From the NCBI RefSeq assembly GCF_056712565.1, contig NZ_CM160072.1: 64,000 nucleotides of DNA. The stretch is one strand, 5' to 3'. Positions 1-10,440 of the stretch are shown one piece after another. A program made the position numbers and the translations under genes. The notes beneath the pieces are model-generated. The model was not told where the DNA came from. It did no database searches and worked only from the letters and a program-made list of their open reading frames with translations. Every line of letters begins with the position of its first letter. The first letter of the stretch is position 1.

Positions 1-261
1 CGGGGAAACCGTTACATCAGACAATCGGTAAATATTGCTAATGCATTGGCGAGTCGCCGGTTTTCCAGACTTAATGCGTTTGTAATAAATGTTGGTTCTC
101 TTTTGATAGGAAAACCTTGCTACCAAGTAAATATTTTAAATAACAGCAAGTTTAACTACTGTTGTTTATTGATCGTTTAGATATTATGTGATTTTTCATA
201 CCGCTCCAAAATACAAACCATTTTTCATTAATAATGAGATGAACATTGGTGAATTTCTCGG

Positions 262-288
262 GTGTGCGTAGCCATGCCACACACACCC
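262..288 (-). other. Stem-loop ~45 nt downstream of the fimbrial subunit stop (gggtgtg...cacaccc); possible intra-operon attenuator or RNA-stability hairpin
   Basis: 7-bp perfect inverted repeat seen in sequence; no clear U-tract follows on the minus strand. Confidence 0.3.
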
Positions 289-329
289 TGTTTCAATTTC
301 AGATGACACATAGTCACCTTAAGAGTGAA

Positions 330-893
330 TTATAGATATTGAACTTTGAAGGTCGCATCAGCGTTTGCAGTACCAGCTACTGACTGCCCGAGAGCAATAT
401 AACGAGCCTGGAACGGCAGTATATTCGTGCCATCAATCAAGTCAGTTTTAGCGCTAAAAGTAGCACCATCAAGTACTAATACCTCCCCTGTACGGTCCAA
501 AATTTGGATACCGACATTTTGGGCAGAGCCTGCCGCTGAACTCTGCAGCGCTAATGTATCGTCATTACTGGTGACAGTAGTACCCAGGAATGCAACAGCT
601 GCATTACTGGAAACATTGGTATCACAATCATTCAGCTTGATATTGAAGCCAACGGCGGAGCTGAGGTCACCCGCTTTAGCCAGGCGAGAAGAACGAACCT
701 GACCCAGCTCAACCGTTTGGTTCATTGATTCTGAATCAATCGCACAAGCGGCATTTACCACTTCACCTTTAAAATGAATTACACCGCCATTAACAGTGGT
801 CGTTACTGATTCATCACCCTCGGCTGCGCTTACCGCAGCAGACGACATCGCCAACACAGAAACGACAATAATACCGACATGTTTGAGTTTCAT
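330..893 (-). CDS. Fimbrial major-subunit-like protein (chaperone-usher family, F9/Fml/yde-type locus), 187 aa
   Basis: ORF track 330..941; internal ATG at 893 preceded by GGAG; Sec signal peptide [24 protein letters not shown]-terminal ...ATFKVQYL typical of pilin donor strand region; 727-bp AT-rich upstream region. Confidence 0.8.
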   Translation of the reverse strand: MKLKHVGIIVVSVLAMSSAAVSAAEGDESVTTTVNGGVIHFKGEVVNAACAIDSESMNQTVELGQVRSSRLAKAGDLSSAVGFNIKLNDCDTNVSSNAAVAFLGTTVTSNDDTLALQSSAAGSAQNVGIQILDRTGEVLVLDGATFSAKTDLIDGTNILPFQARYIALGQSVAGTANADATFKVQYL

Positions 894-1668
894 AATTCTC
901 CAAAATTTATATTTAAGTAGCTGAATAAAGAGAGTTAACAATTAAGTTATTCTGTTATTGCTTATAAAACAAGAATCATTCTTGATTGGATGTTGCCCTG
1001 AGAATATAGTTTCCATGGTTATTACATTTCACGAAGAATGATAATATCTTTAAATTACAAGGACACCTATTCACAACAAGTTTATTGCTGCACTTGTTGT
1101 AGAGAGTATTTGTAAAAACATTTTATGTCGCTAAATAACATGACGATTTCATTATGCATGTTATTTATAAACAGCGACTAAACAGAATATTATTGCGAAC
1201 AAGGGAAGTGTCAGGAAAGGTCAAGAGGTACTAATAGTTTATATGGCTATAAACATTAGCTATGATTAATATTTGCCTGGTGAAACTAACACCAAATTGC
1301 TGTAACTCTCTTTGAATCATAAACTGAAGGATGATGCAGCACAGTTCCTCGTGGACTATCCTGGCTACTACATGACCAAACGCGGATATCATCCTCGAGC
1401 AGTCAACTCTGGCCATCTTTTTACTCAGCTATGAGGACCTGATCGTCGACTTTGCTATCTGCATGATGAATCTCCTCAGCAGCAGATGCAGTATTTACCG
1501 AAATGAATTCCATGAATAATGCAGTAATTAGTAGTGCTTTCATATCTGATACCTGTTTTAAACGATATATTTGAAAGTTGACGAATATCGGAAATAGCTT
1601 CCTCCTTCTTGATCTGTAAATATACAGTTCTAAGCTGTCATAAGACTGACTGTCATATGACAACGTTG

Positions 1669-2451
1669 TTAGATTTTTGAATTTTTCGAATACAGATTCA
1701 GGTCGTTAATAACGCACTCAGGTTCTTCAGTAAGGGGCATATTGTCTATATCGAAAACCCCATCATTTTTTTGTGGATTATCATTCCGCAGCTCTGCAAA
1801 CAGAGGAGTGAGATCCTGCTGTGCTTCTCCTCGCTCTGCGACCAGTTCGAACGTTTTATTTTTTGCCGCATCGTTGCTCAGAGCTGTTACAAGAACCTGG
1901 GCGATTTGCTCCCGGGAGATAACACCATCTTCCGGCGTTCCCGCATGGCGTCTGTCCCCCTGAAGCATGACGATTCTGTGCTCATCATCATTGTTGTAAT
2001 CAAACCAGCCGGGTCTGACGATAGTGTAGATATGCCCACTGGCTCTGACCAGGCGTTCAGAGCGTCTCTTCCAGTCATGAACTTCAGTACGTTGATTCCA
2101 GCTACTGAGCCGCTCAGTTACGCCAATCGTTGTCATCAGGGCGATGCGAACAGGTGTATCCATGAATATTCGCAAAATGTTACGTACACCGCCGTAATCT
2201 ATTGCTCTGGCGCCAATACGTCCCTGACCATCAGAGCCGAGTGTAAAAATGATGGCATCAATATCTTTCGGTAAATCGGTAAGTGTTTCAGGTATTGAAA
2301 CATCGCCATAGAAAATATCTGTTCCACGAGGGAGTAACTTGATTTTCCGCCGATTCCTGACCAGAGTCACGGGCTGATGGCCCATTGCAATAGCAGTATT
2401 CACAACATGAATACCAATACTTCCTGTTGCGCCAGCAACGAGTATTCTCAT
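1669..2451 (-). CDS. NAD(P)-binding Rossmann-fold protein (atypical SDR / NmrA-like), 260 aa
   Basis: N-terminal MRILVAGATGSIGIHVV glycine-rich dinucleotide-binding motif; ATG at 2451 preceded by GAAGG. Confidence 0.65.
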   Translation of the reverse strand: MRILVAGATGSIGIHVVNTAIAMGHQPVTLVRNRRKIKLLPRGTDIFYGDVSIPETLTDLPKDIDAIIFTLGSDGQGRIGARAIDYGGVRNILRIFMDTPVRIALMTTIGVTERLSSWNQRTEVHDWKRRSERLVRASGHIYTIVRPGWFDYNNDDEHRIVMLQGDRRHAGTPEDGVISREQIAQVLVTALSNDAAKNKTFELVAERGEAQQDLTPLFAELRNDNPQKNDGVFDIDNMPLTEEPECVINDLNLYSKNSKI

Positions 2452-2560
2452 GATAAACCTTCTGATAATTCAGCCTTATTTTTGATACAGCCAGAATATC
2501 AATTATCATTATTGCCAGTAACGAGGCTAAAATGATTGTGTCTATGAACACCCTTCATGA

Positions 2561-2818
2561 ATGCGCTTTGAAGGGAATGCTTCTACAAGGAAATCTATTC
2601 AACAACGTCTTAAGCAGGCTTCAGATGCACGAGCTCAGGAAGTCGCCGGTAGCGAAGTGCTTTACTCCGGTGATGCCAACCTGACTGATGAACAGATCGC
2701 TAAATTACCTTTTGCGTTATATCGCCAGGGCTACGAGTACTACTGGAAAACCCACGCACACCCAAACATATTCAGAAGCGTGAGGGATATAGTGCCATCA
2801 AAGCGCTGGCTGCTGTAA
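2561..2818 (+). CDS. Hypothetical protein, 85 aa, no recognisable family
   Basis: ORF track only; no convincing Shine-Dalgarno; could be a gene remnant. Confidence 0.2.
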   Translation: MRFEGNASTRKSIQQRLKQASDARAQEVAGSEVLYSGDANLTDEQIAKLPFALYRQGYEYYWKTHAHPNIFRSVRDIVPSKRWLL

Positions 2819-3076
2819 ACAACGCAATTATCCAACTCATGGTCTATGGTGTGCCATCACTGAACAGAGGTTGAATTTTTCTACCGAAACGGGAGGGAAG
2901 TCAGAAATCACAACGTATTGATTTATCTGTGTGTGGATGTGAATGGTGAAGTAAAGGACCTTCACAGGCAATTTAACATAATATACATTATGCGCACCAA
3001 CATAAACCAAGGGAGAATCCAGTCGTTGGCGGTTCATGATTGTTCTGCTCATTAACAACGACCAAAACCCCATATC

Positions 3077-4399
3077 TTACTTAATACCGTATTCTCGGCT
3101 TAACCGACCGTGCAACCTCAACACATTGGTTTCAACTGCCGTCACCACGTTCTCCGGAAAATCTGTCGGTAATGAAGTCTTCACGTTATCCAGTGCTGCC
3201 GGAATCATTCTGGCAAAGTCACTCAGGATTTCATGCATCTGCACTTCCGGGAATTTCAGCACCTTTGCTGTCGCCAGAAAATGTCGCGGATAAATTTTAT
3301 CGATTGCCGTTTTTTTGCCTTTGGATGCGTTAAGCCCCATTGCCAGTTTGAGATCGCTGATGTGTATTCCCGTACCGCCAAGGACCGGAAATGCCGAAAT
3401 GATGTCATAAAATGGTGTGAGCCGATAACTGCCGCCAGCCTGAATAAATACGGAGAAGTTTTTTGCATGGCCATCTGTTGCGCCAATCAACCACTGGAAG
3501 ACCTGAAACTTCATAAAATCATAGCGATCTTTCAGCGCCTCGCTGGACCCCATCAAAAAAGCCATAATTTGCGCGATACCGGGGCCTCCATCTGATTCAT
3601 ATTTCACCGATGAAGGTAAACCGAATGTCTGGCACATATCCTCCTGTGGCAAGCGAAGTAAAACCGTTCGCTCAGTATTCCAACGCCTGTCAAAACGTTT
3701 GACCGCTAACGCGCGCACCCTTCCCGCTTTAATGATTTCTGCGTCCGGAACATTCAACCCGAGTTCTTTCGCCAGCAGCAAACAGTAATACTCATTATCA
3801 ACGCTTTGGCTAAGATCGAGCGTCGCATTGGGCTGTCTGATTTCGCCAATCGGCAATTTGATAATGTGCGTCGTTGGCGTTATTCCCTTCGGAATGCACC
3901 AGTCATTGCCTATTCTGAGCAGCGCAGTCTTCTCCTGTGCGCCAGCAACCGAGATGCGAAAGTCATTTTCTTCTCTAATCATGCCTAACGGGATATCTGC
4001 TTTATAAGCCGTTAATACTTCTTCAAGTCTGGCTTCAGTAAGCTTTTCCCATGCCATTATCGGACACATTACGGTTTCATCTTCGGGGATTAACGTCACG
4101 GCACCAACGCTGTCTCGCCCTATTTCTGACAATAAATCAAACGGTTGTCTGGATTTAGCATGATAACGTTTAACGATCCGGTCACGTACAATCGGGCTAT
4201 CGGGTAACAGGTTATCGAAGAAGTTAAATACGGCATCAGAGGTGATATTCCTCCTCTGCAATGGCAGCGAAAGTGACAACGGTCTGGCATAACGGCTGGC
4301 TAACCACTCAGGTGCATACTTAAAGGTGTGCGCGCCGTTGGCTAACTTCGTTAACTCGCCTACCCGCTGGTTGTTCATCCAAGTGACTAGTTTAGGCAT
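3077..4399 (-). CDS. hipA: Serine/threonine kinase toxin HipA, 440 aa
   Basis: Protein begins MPKLVTWMNNQRVGEL as in E. coli HipA; ORF track start is 19 codons upstream and overlaps hipB. Confidence 0.95.
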   Translation of the reverse strand: MPKLVTWMNNQRVGELTKLANGAHTFKYAPEWLASRYARPLSLSLPLQRRNITSDAVFNFFDNLLPDSPIVRDRIVKRYHAKSRQPFDLLSEIGRDSVGAVTLIPEDETVMCPIMAWEKLTEARLEEVLTAYKADIPLGMIREENDFRISVAGAQEKTALLRIGNDWCIPKGITPTTHIIKLPIGEIRQPNATLDLSQSVDNEYYCLLLAKELGLNVPDAEIIKAGRVRALAVKRFDRRWNTERTVLLRLPQEDMCQTFGLPSSVKYESDGGPGIAQIMAFLMGSSEALKDRYDFMKFQVFQWLIGATDGHAKNFSVFIQAGGSYRLTPFYDIISAFPVLGGTGIHISDLKLAMGLNASKGKKTAIDKIYPRHFLATAKVLKFPEVQMHEILSDFARMIPAALDNVKTSLPTDFPENVVTAVETNVLRLHGRLSREYGIK

Positions 4400-4665
4400 C
4401 ACCACTCCAGATCTTGCTGTTCTGTTGCTTCTGGCGAGGCATTTTTTGCGTCGCATAGCGTCATTGAGAGTTCAAGCGACTGTAAAATCTTAAAAAATGT
4501 CGTGAGCGAGGTATTGTTAGGATTGTTTTCGAAATTGGAAATTGTCGCCTGCTTAATGCCGATTTTTTTCGCCAACTCGCTCTGCGTCCAGCCGTTTTGC
4601 TGGCGAACCAGTTTCATTGCATTCGCCAATTGCATTGGGCTATAGATCTTCTGAAAGCTCATCAT
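4399..4665 (-). CDS. hipB: Antitoxin and HTH repressor HipB, 88 aa
   Basis: MMSFQKIYSP...TEQQDLEW matches HipB; 1-nt overlap with hipA start. Confidence 0.95.
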   Translation of the reverse strand: MMSFQKIYSPMQLANAMKLVRQQNGWTQSELAKKIGIKQATISNFENNPNNTSLTTFFKILQSLELSMTLCDAKNASPEATEQQDLEW

Positions 4666-4686
4666 GTCATACGTCCACAGCAAATT

Positions 4687-4800
4687 TATCCGCTTAAGGG
4701 GATATTATCAGTTTTATCCTTTAGTGAGGATAAAGTCAATCTGGAAACACATCCTATCCGCTCTACGGGATAAACGCTGCGATATCCGCGATCGCGGATA
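4687..4800. promoter_or_regulatory. hipBA promoter with four HipB operators (TATCC-N8-GGATA at 4687-4704, 4715-4732, 4755-4772, 4783-4800)
   Basis: Four exact TATCC-N8-GGATA palindromes seen directly upstream of hipB; matches the known operator consensus. Confidence 0.85.
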
Positions 4801-4972
4801 AAAAGGAGGATTTAAAAAAGCACATCCTAATGCGGTGGCTTCTTTGACTACCGGAATCTGTAATCTTAATGACCTGGCCGCGTAAAAAACGTCTGTTCAA
4901 TGGGGTGATGCCGTGAGGCGAATTTATCAGTTTTATCTACAATTGGGGTAACGCGCTGACGGGAGTAAAAAA

Positions 4973-5731
4973 ATGTCTGACTGGAACCCCTCTTTATATC
5001 TACACTTTGCCGCTGAACGATCGCGTCCGGCGGTGGAGCTGCTTGCCAGGGTGTCGCTGGAGAATATCGAATACATTGCCGATCTTGGCTGTGGCCCAGG
5101 TAACAGCACCGCCCTTCTACACCAACGTTGGCCTGCTGCCAGGATAACGGGCATCGACTCATCTCCGGCGATGATTGCTGAAGCGCGCAGTGCTTTGCCA
5201 GACTGCCTGTTTGTGGAAGCAGATATCCGCAACTGGCAACCGGAACAGGCACTCGATCTGATTTTTGCTAATGCCTCGCTGCAATGGCTGCCCGACCACT
5301 ACGAATTGTTTCCTCATTTGGTTTCGTTACTCAGTCCGCTGGGCGTGCTGGCAGTACAGATGCCAGATAACTGGCTGGAGCCGACCCATGTGCTCATGCG
5401 CGAAGTTGCCTGGGAACAAAACTACCCGGATCGCGGGCGTGAGCCGCTGGCTGGCGTTCATGCTTACTACGATATTCTGAGTGAAGCCGGATGTGAGGTC
5501 GATATCTGGCGAACCACTTACTATCACCAGATGCCGTCGCACCAGGCGATTATCGATTGGGTGACCGCCACTGGATTACGTCCGTGGTTACAGGATCTGA
5601 CCGAGAGCGAACAGCAGCATTTTCTTACGCGCTACCATCAGATGCTGGAAGAGCAATATCCCCTCCAGGAGAACGGACAGATATTGCTGGCATTTCCGCG
5701 TCTGTTTATTGTTGCCCGCCGTACGGAGTAA
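4973..5731 (+). CDS. tam: Trans-aconitate 2-methyltransferase, 252 aa
   Basis: [24 protein letters not shown]... with SAM-binding motif [10 protein letters not shown]. Confidence 0.9.
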   Translation: MSDWNPSLYLHFAAERSRPAVELLARVSLENIEYIADLGCGPGNSTALLHQRWPAARITGIDSSPAMIAEARSALPDCLFVEADIRNWQPEQALDLIFANASLQWLPDHYELFPHLVSLLSPLGVLAVQMPDNWLEPTHVLMREVAWEQNYPDRGREPLAGVHAYYDILSEAGCEVDIWRTTYYHQMPSHQAIIDWVTATGLRPWLQDLTESEQQHFLTRYHQMLEEQYPLQENGQILLAFPRLFIVARRTE

Positions 5732-5734
5732 TTA

Positions 5735-6649
5735 TCACGTCAGCTGGTAATGGCGATCGGGAAGAATTTTCGCTGGAATTTCTGCTTCATCGTTCATCTG
5801 TAACAGGTCAATTTCAATAGCGTTGCAGATGGCATCCAGCGGTAAATCATTGTTTTCAGTACCGAAGGGATCTTCCAGTTCTTCCGCCAGACAATCCAGC
5901 GAAATAAAAGTGTAGGAAATCAGCACAGAGATAAAAGGCGTCATGTAATGCAGATCCACGACCAGCGCGAACGGCAGCATGATACAAAACAGATAAACGG
6001 TACGATGCAAAATCAGGGTGTAGGCAAAGGGAATTGGCGTGTAGGCAATGCGCTCGCAGCCTGCCAGAACTGCTGAAATATCATTAAGCCGATCGTTGAG
6101 GCTAATAAACAGGATATCTGAAAGCTGCCCATTGCGGCGCTGAACCGCCAACCACTCCCCCATTATTAACAAGATACGGTTAGCTGGAGAGTTCGAAGCC
6201 AGTACACGCTGAAGATCTTCCGTCTTGAGATATTGAGCCAGCACTTCCGCCTGTGGTTGTTTGCGTAATGTCATGCGTAAACAGTGAGCGAAGGCGATTT
6301 GCAGCCGGGCAAACTCCCTTACACTTGCCGAATCTGGCAATGTCGTTTTTACCTCGCGCAGTAACGACCGTGAGGCAATCATCAACTGCCCCCAAAGTTT
6401 TCGCGCTTCAACGTAACGGGCGTACCCGGCATTATTACGAAAACCAAGAAAAATGGCGATGGCGACACCGAGAATGCTGAACGGTGCGAGGGTGAATTTA
6501 ATGCCCAAATGCGTGTACCAGGGCAGCATGAAAATAACAGCGATAGAAAAGAGAAAATTGAGTAGTAAGCGCGAGGATATCTTGGATAATACTGAACCGT
6601 GCCAGACAAAAATACGGCGCAGCCAGTGTTGTTGTGGACGAACAATCAT
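5735..6649 (-). CDS. yneE: Bestrophin-family membrane protein YneE, 304 aa
   Basis: Recognised as YneE; internal start MIVRPQQHW chosen to give the 304-aa length. Confidence 0.85.
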   Translation of the reverse strand: MIVRPQQHWLRRIFVWHGSVLSKISSRLLLNFLFSIAVIFMLPWYTHLGIKFTLAPFSILGVAIAIFLGFRNNAGYARYVEARKLWGQLMIASRSLLREVKTTLPDSASVREFARLQIAFAHCLRMTLRKQPQAEVLAQYLKTEDLQRVLASNSPANRILLIMGEWLAVQRRNGQLSDILFISLNDRLNDISAVLAGCERIAYTPIPFAYTLILHRTVYLFCIMLPFALVVDLHYMTPFISVLISYTFISLDCLAEELEDPFGTENNDLPLDAICNAIEIDLLQMNDEAEIPAKILPDRHYQLT

Positions 6650-6816
6650 GGTTATCTTCAGGCGTGGAAAAGTCGCCCTATTAAACGTGATTACGATCAC
6701 ATTCTCAAGACGCTACTTACAAATTACCTACAAGCTTACAACATTAACAGGTGCTGCATGTGGCACCTGTTAATGATAAAGGCACATAGAATGTTGTAAC
6801 TAATATAGCGAAATAA

Positions 6817-6845
6817 GAAACCCGGTCGAAACCGGGTTCAGAGTA
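6817..6845 (-). terminator. Hairpin terminator downstream of uxaB
   Basis: aacccggt/accgggtt stem followed on the minus strand by a U-rich stretch. Confidence 0.5.
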
Positions 6846-8297
6846 TTAGCACAACGGGCGTACAGCTTCGCGCATCCCTTTTTCGAGAATCGCATCCAGG
6901 TCATTAGCAACCTGCTCGACCAGACCAGGCACTTGCGTCAGGTCCTGCTCCCAGTGGTCTTTTTCTGCCAACACAATCGCTACCAGTTCCTGGGTCCCGA
7001 TAACACGGTCACGATACTGGCTCCAGAGTTGCTGATAACGTTCCAGCCAGTGTGCATCGTCCTGTACCGGATATGTTTCTCCATTACGCTCACCGCGATA
7101 GAACGCAATCAATGCCGCTAATGCGAAAGTAAGGCGCGCCGGAAGTGTGCCGTTTGCCTTCTGCCCTGCCAGCAGCTGCGGCAGGATGCGTGTGCGGAAC
7201 TTGGTCATACCGTTGAGCGCGATAGACAGCAGTTGATGCTTGATGTACGGGTTACGGAAACGTCCGGTGACTGCACTGGCGAAAGACTCCAGCTCATCGC
7301 GTGGCAAATCCAGTACCGGAATAATTTCTTCGTAGATGGCTTTTTCAACGAATGCGCAAATTTCAGCATCGTTCATCGCTTCACCTACGGTATCCAGCCC
7401 TGCCTGGAACGCCACCGGCACCAGCGCGGTGTGCGCACCGTTGAGGATTGCCACTTTGCGTTCTTTATACGGTTTAATATCGTCAACGATCAGCACGTTG
7501 AGCGGATATTTGTCCAGACGAAGTTCAGTCGCTAAGGATTTCGGCCCCTGAATCACAAACAGGTAAAAGTGTTCAGCGGTGTCGAGGAAACCATCGTGGT
7601 AGCCCAGTTCTTCTTCCAGTTTAGCCACTTCATCACGCGGATAACCGGTAACGATACGGTCCACCAGCGTAGAACAGAAGCTGTTAGCCTGATCCAGCCA
7701 TTGAATAAATGCTTCTGGCAGTGCCCACTCTTGCGCATAGCGCAGCACCAGTTCACGCAACGCGTCGCCATTATAGTCAATCAACTCACACGGGATGATG
7801 ATCCAACCTTTATCCAGCGCACCGTTGAAATGGCTAAAACGTTCGAACAGCAGACGGGTCAGTTTTGCCGGATAACTTACCGCTGGCGCGTCATCGAATT
7901 TATCGCCCGCATGGTAGCTGATACCCGCTTCGGTGGTGTTAGAGAAAACAAAGCGCATTTCCGGATTGTGAGCCAGTTTCAGGAATTCATCGTATTCACT
8001 GTAGACGCTGATTTCACGATTAACCGAGCGAATCAGGCGCGCGTCGCTGACCGCTTCACCCTTCTCATTCAGGCCACGGATAATGGTGGTATAAAGACCA
8101 TCCTGCGTGCTCAGTGACGGCGGGAATGAAGTTTCAATCGGACGAACAACGACCACGCCAGAATTCAGATCGGTGTGCTCATTCAGGAGATCGATTTGCC
8201 AGTCAACAAAGGCGCGCAGGAAGTTACCTTCACCAAACTGAATGATACGTTCTGGATACTGTGCACCGGGAAAATCGCGACGATTTAGTGTTTTCAC
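6846..8297 (-). CDS. uxaB: Altronate oxidoreductase (tagaturonate reductase), 483 aa
   Basis: Full-length match to mannitol-dehydrogenase-family UxaB. Confidence 0.9.
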   Translation of the reverse strand: MKTLNRRDFPGAQYPERIIQFGEGNFLRAFVDWQIDLLNEHTDLNSGVVVVRPIETSFPPSLSTQDGLYTTIIRGLNEKGEAVSDARLIRSVNREISVYSEYDEFLKLAHNPEMRFVFSNTTEAGISYHAGDKFDDAPAVSYPAKLTRLLFERFSHFNGALDKGWIIIPCELIDYNGDALRELVLRYAQEWALPEAFIQWLDQANSFCSTLVDRIVTGYPRDEVAKLEEELGYHDGFLDTAEHFYLFVIQGPKSLATELRLDKYPLNVLIVDDIKPYKERKVAILNGAHTALVPVAFQAGLDTVGEAMNDAEICAFVEKAIYEEIIPVLDLPRDELESFASAVTGRFRNPYIKHQLLSIALNGMTKFRTRILPQLLAGQKANGTLPARLTFALAALIAFYRGERNGETYPVQDDAHWLERYQQLWSQYRDRVIGTQELVAIVLAEKDHWEQDLTQVPGLVEQVANDLDAILEKGMREAVRPLC

Positions 8298-8324
8298 AAT
8301 GGGTTCCCTTCTGATTAGTCATAC

Positions 8325-8351
8325 AACCTGTTTGAATTGGTACGACAGGTT
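8325..8351. promoter_or_regulatory. Inverted repeat AACCTGT-N13-ACAGGTT upstream of uxaB; candidate operator (ExuR-type)
   Basis: Perfect 7-bp arms seen 28-54 nt upstream of the uxaB start; regulator assignment is inference. Confidence 0.3.
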
Positions 8352-8523
8352 AGCAAACTTTAATACGCCGAACCCCTGTTTTGATCAACTCCTGATGATT
8401 AATGAGCAGTTTTATGAGAAAAGTGTGGCGCGGATCATGGTTTAATCGAGGAAACAGGCCTTTTCTTGGATCATAAAGTGGTAGAACATATTGCATTTAA
8501 TTCGCTCTGAGTAAATAAAGATG

Positions 8524-9942
8524 TCAGACAACTTCCTCACCGTAACGCATAGTGCTGGTACGGTTGCGCCCATCTTTCTTCGAGCGATACAGACACGTAT
8601 CGGCTTCGACCATCAATTTATTAAAGTCATCGGTCAGCGTTCGGTACGATGCGCAACCACTACCGACGCCAATACTTACCGTGAGATAAAGCGTTTTTTG
8701 TTGCCAGGTGAACGGTTGAAGTTCTACGCCTTTACGGATTTTTTCCGCCATTAGCAGGCCATCGACAGGATTCACCGACGGCACTGCAACAGCAAATTCT
8801 TCGCCGCCCATTCGCGCCACCAGCCCCTTATCACCGACAATCTTCTGAATATGCTGGGCAAACACGCTTAACACTTTATCGCCACATTCATGTCCATAGT
8901 TATCGTTAATGCTTTTGAAATAGTCGATATCAAGCAGCATGACCGTCAGATGTTGTGTCTGTTTCAGCGATGGACTTTTCAGCGCCTCATAAAGACCAGA
9001 CCGTGAGTAAACCTGAGTCAGAAAATCAAAGTCGGCTCGCAGCGCAACTTGCTTCATTAGCGAATGGATCGCTGCCACGCTAAAGGAAACCATAATTGGG
9101 CATATCGCCATCGTGGCAATACCGAGACGTGCGGAGAACATTTGCGGAATAGAGAACGGCGAACCGACCGAGATATCAATCACCGAATTTGCCACCAGTA
9201 CGACTTCCACCGCACCGGTGACAAAGGTCAACAGACATGTTACCTGCGGCGTATAGCGCACTGCACACCAGATTAATGCAGGGAGCGGAAACGCCAGACT
9301 CCCCGCTCCACCAATGACTACCGAGGCAATAACCGACACAATAAGCGCGATAGCAGGCATCATCTGCTCTGCTTTAAAGCGCGGCAGCACTCCAGGAATT
9401 GCCAACGTCAGCATACAAGGCACGATCAACACGCCCGTTGAGAATTGCTCACTAAACCAGTCGGCAAGCAAAGGCCAGAAATCCAGACTATCAATACTGA
9501 CCGAACCAATCGCCCCGACAATAGCGCATAATAATGCGGCAAGCAGACAGTAATTAAATAGCCGTAAGGCACTTACTGGCTCATACTTATTTTTTCCCAG
9601 ACTCTTATCCCGCGCGACCAGTAAGGCGACGGTAACAATAAACATCATATTGGAGAAATTGATAGCCAGTGAAACCAGCCCCCATTCGGTGGTTATGGCA
9701 TCATAAACCAGCATCGCCACATAACTGATCGCATAGTAATGCAGTCGATTAAGCCAGACATAGCGGGCAAACACCCCCGCCATTACGCCATTCAGCGGCC
9801 AGAAAAGAGAAAGTTCGTGAACCAGTCGTAACTCTGCACCAATAAAATAGAACAGCGTGGTTAGCACAAAAATAGCGATGCTATTACGTAGCAGATGACC
9901 TTCCTGGAACAAACGGAAAGTTGAAATGGGCTGTACATGCAT
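8524..9942 (-). CDS. dgcF: Membrane-anchored diguanylate cyclase (GGDEF domain), 472 aa
   Basis: Multi-TM N-terminus, GGEEF active-site motif; position matches yneF/dgcF. Confidence 0.85.
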   Translation of the reverse strand: MHVQPISTFRLFQEGHLLRNSIAIFVLTTLFYFIGAELRLVHELSLFWPLNGVMAGVFARYVWLNRLHYYAISYVAMLVYDAITTEWGLVSLAINFSNMMFIVTVALLVARDKSLGKNKYEPVSALRLFNYCLLAALLCAIVGAIGSVSIDSLDFWPLLADWFSEQFSTGVLIVPCMLTLAIPGVLPRFKAEQMMPAIALIVSVIASVVIGGAGSLAFPLPALIWCAVRYTPQVTCLLTFVTGAVEVVLVANSVIDISVGSPFSIPQMFSARLGIATMAICPIMVSFSVAAIHSLMKQVALRADFDFLTQVYSRSGLYEALKSPSLKQTQHLTVMLLDIDYFKSINDNYGHECGDKVLSVFAQHIQKIVGDKGLVARMGGEEFAVAVPSVNPVDGLLMAEKIRKGVELQPFTWQQKTLYLTVSIGVGSGCASYRTLTDDFNKLMVEADTCLYRSKKDGRNRTSTMRYGEEVV

Positions 9943-10080
9943 TAATTATCTGTCCATACAATTGCGGGTGGCAATTATCTCAACGCAATAAGTAAATTCT
10001 TAGAAAGGATAGCATGTTCGCTGACAACGGCGGCAACTAAAGATACCTAATGAATGCCATTTTATCGATTTCCGTAATTA

Positions 10081-10440
10081 TCATGGCTGATTCATCTGTA
10101 TAACCAGCCAGTGGTAGATTACCGTCACAATATAACGTTGTTGCTCCTCACTTAACGCTTCCCCCTGAGGAATGTTATGCCACTTAGCCAGACAACCGCG
10201 ACAACAGGTCGCGGTGGCGTGTTGAGCGATAAAAACCGGATGCCCGCGCATGGGGGTTTGCTTACCGTCGTTAGCCGGTAATGCCGGAGCAAGACGTTTA
10301 GCGACAAAATCCGCCGCATGTTGTTCAATGACTGGCGCGCCTTTCTCCAGACAATACTGACGCTCTTTCACACCCAAACGAAAGCGAGAGCGAAATTTTG
10401 AACGGGATAAACGCGCGAAGAGTGGATCGAGAGACTGCAT
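10081..10440 (-). CDS. yneG: Uncharacterised protein YneG, 119 aa
   Basis: Position and size; 1-nt overlap with glsB. Confidence 0.8.
   Translation of the reverse strand: MQSLDPLFARLSRSKFRSRFRLGVKERQYCLEKGAPVIEQHAADFVAKRLAPALPANDGKQTPMRGHPVFIAQHATATCCRGCLAKWHNIPQGEALSEEQQRYIVTVIYHWLVIQMNQP

Noticed and set aside
2837-3073. 78-codon minus-strand ORF starting 3 nt after the hipA stop
   Set aside because: No Shine-Dalgarno, AT-rich low-complexity translation, no family resemblance; probably non-coding flank.
3077-4456. Upstream-extended starts in the ORF track for hipA, dcp, pntA, rstA, ynfH and others
   Set aside because: Internal starts give the known protein lengths, have better ribosome-binding sites and avoid overlap with upstream genes; several track starts are TTG or GTG chosen only because they are the first in-frame start.
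4866-5252. 128- and 99-codon minus-strand ORFs
   Set aside because: Antisense to the 5' end of tam and its promoter; proline/arginine-rich translation typical of an antisense frame in GC-rich coding sequence.
7569-8117. 182-codon plus-strand ORF
   Set aside because: Entirely inside uxaB on the opposite strand; uxaB is full length and well supported.
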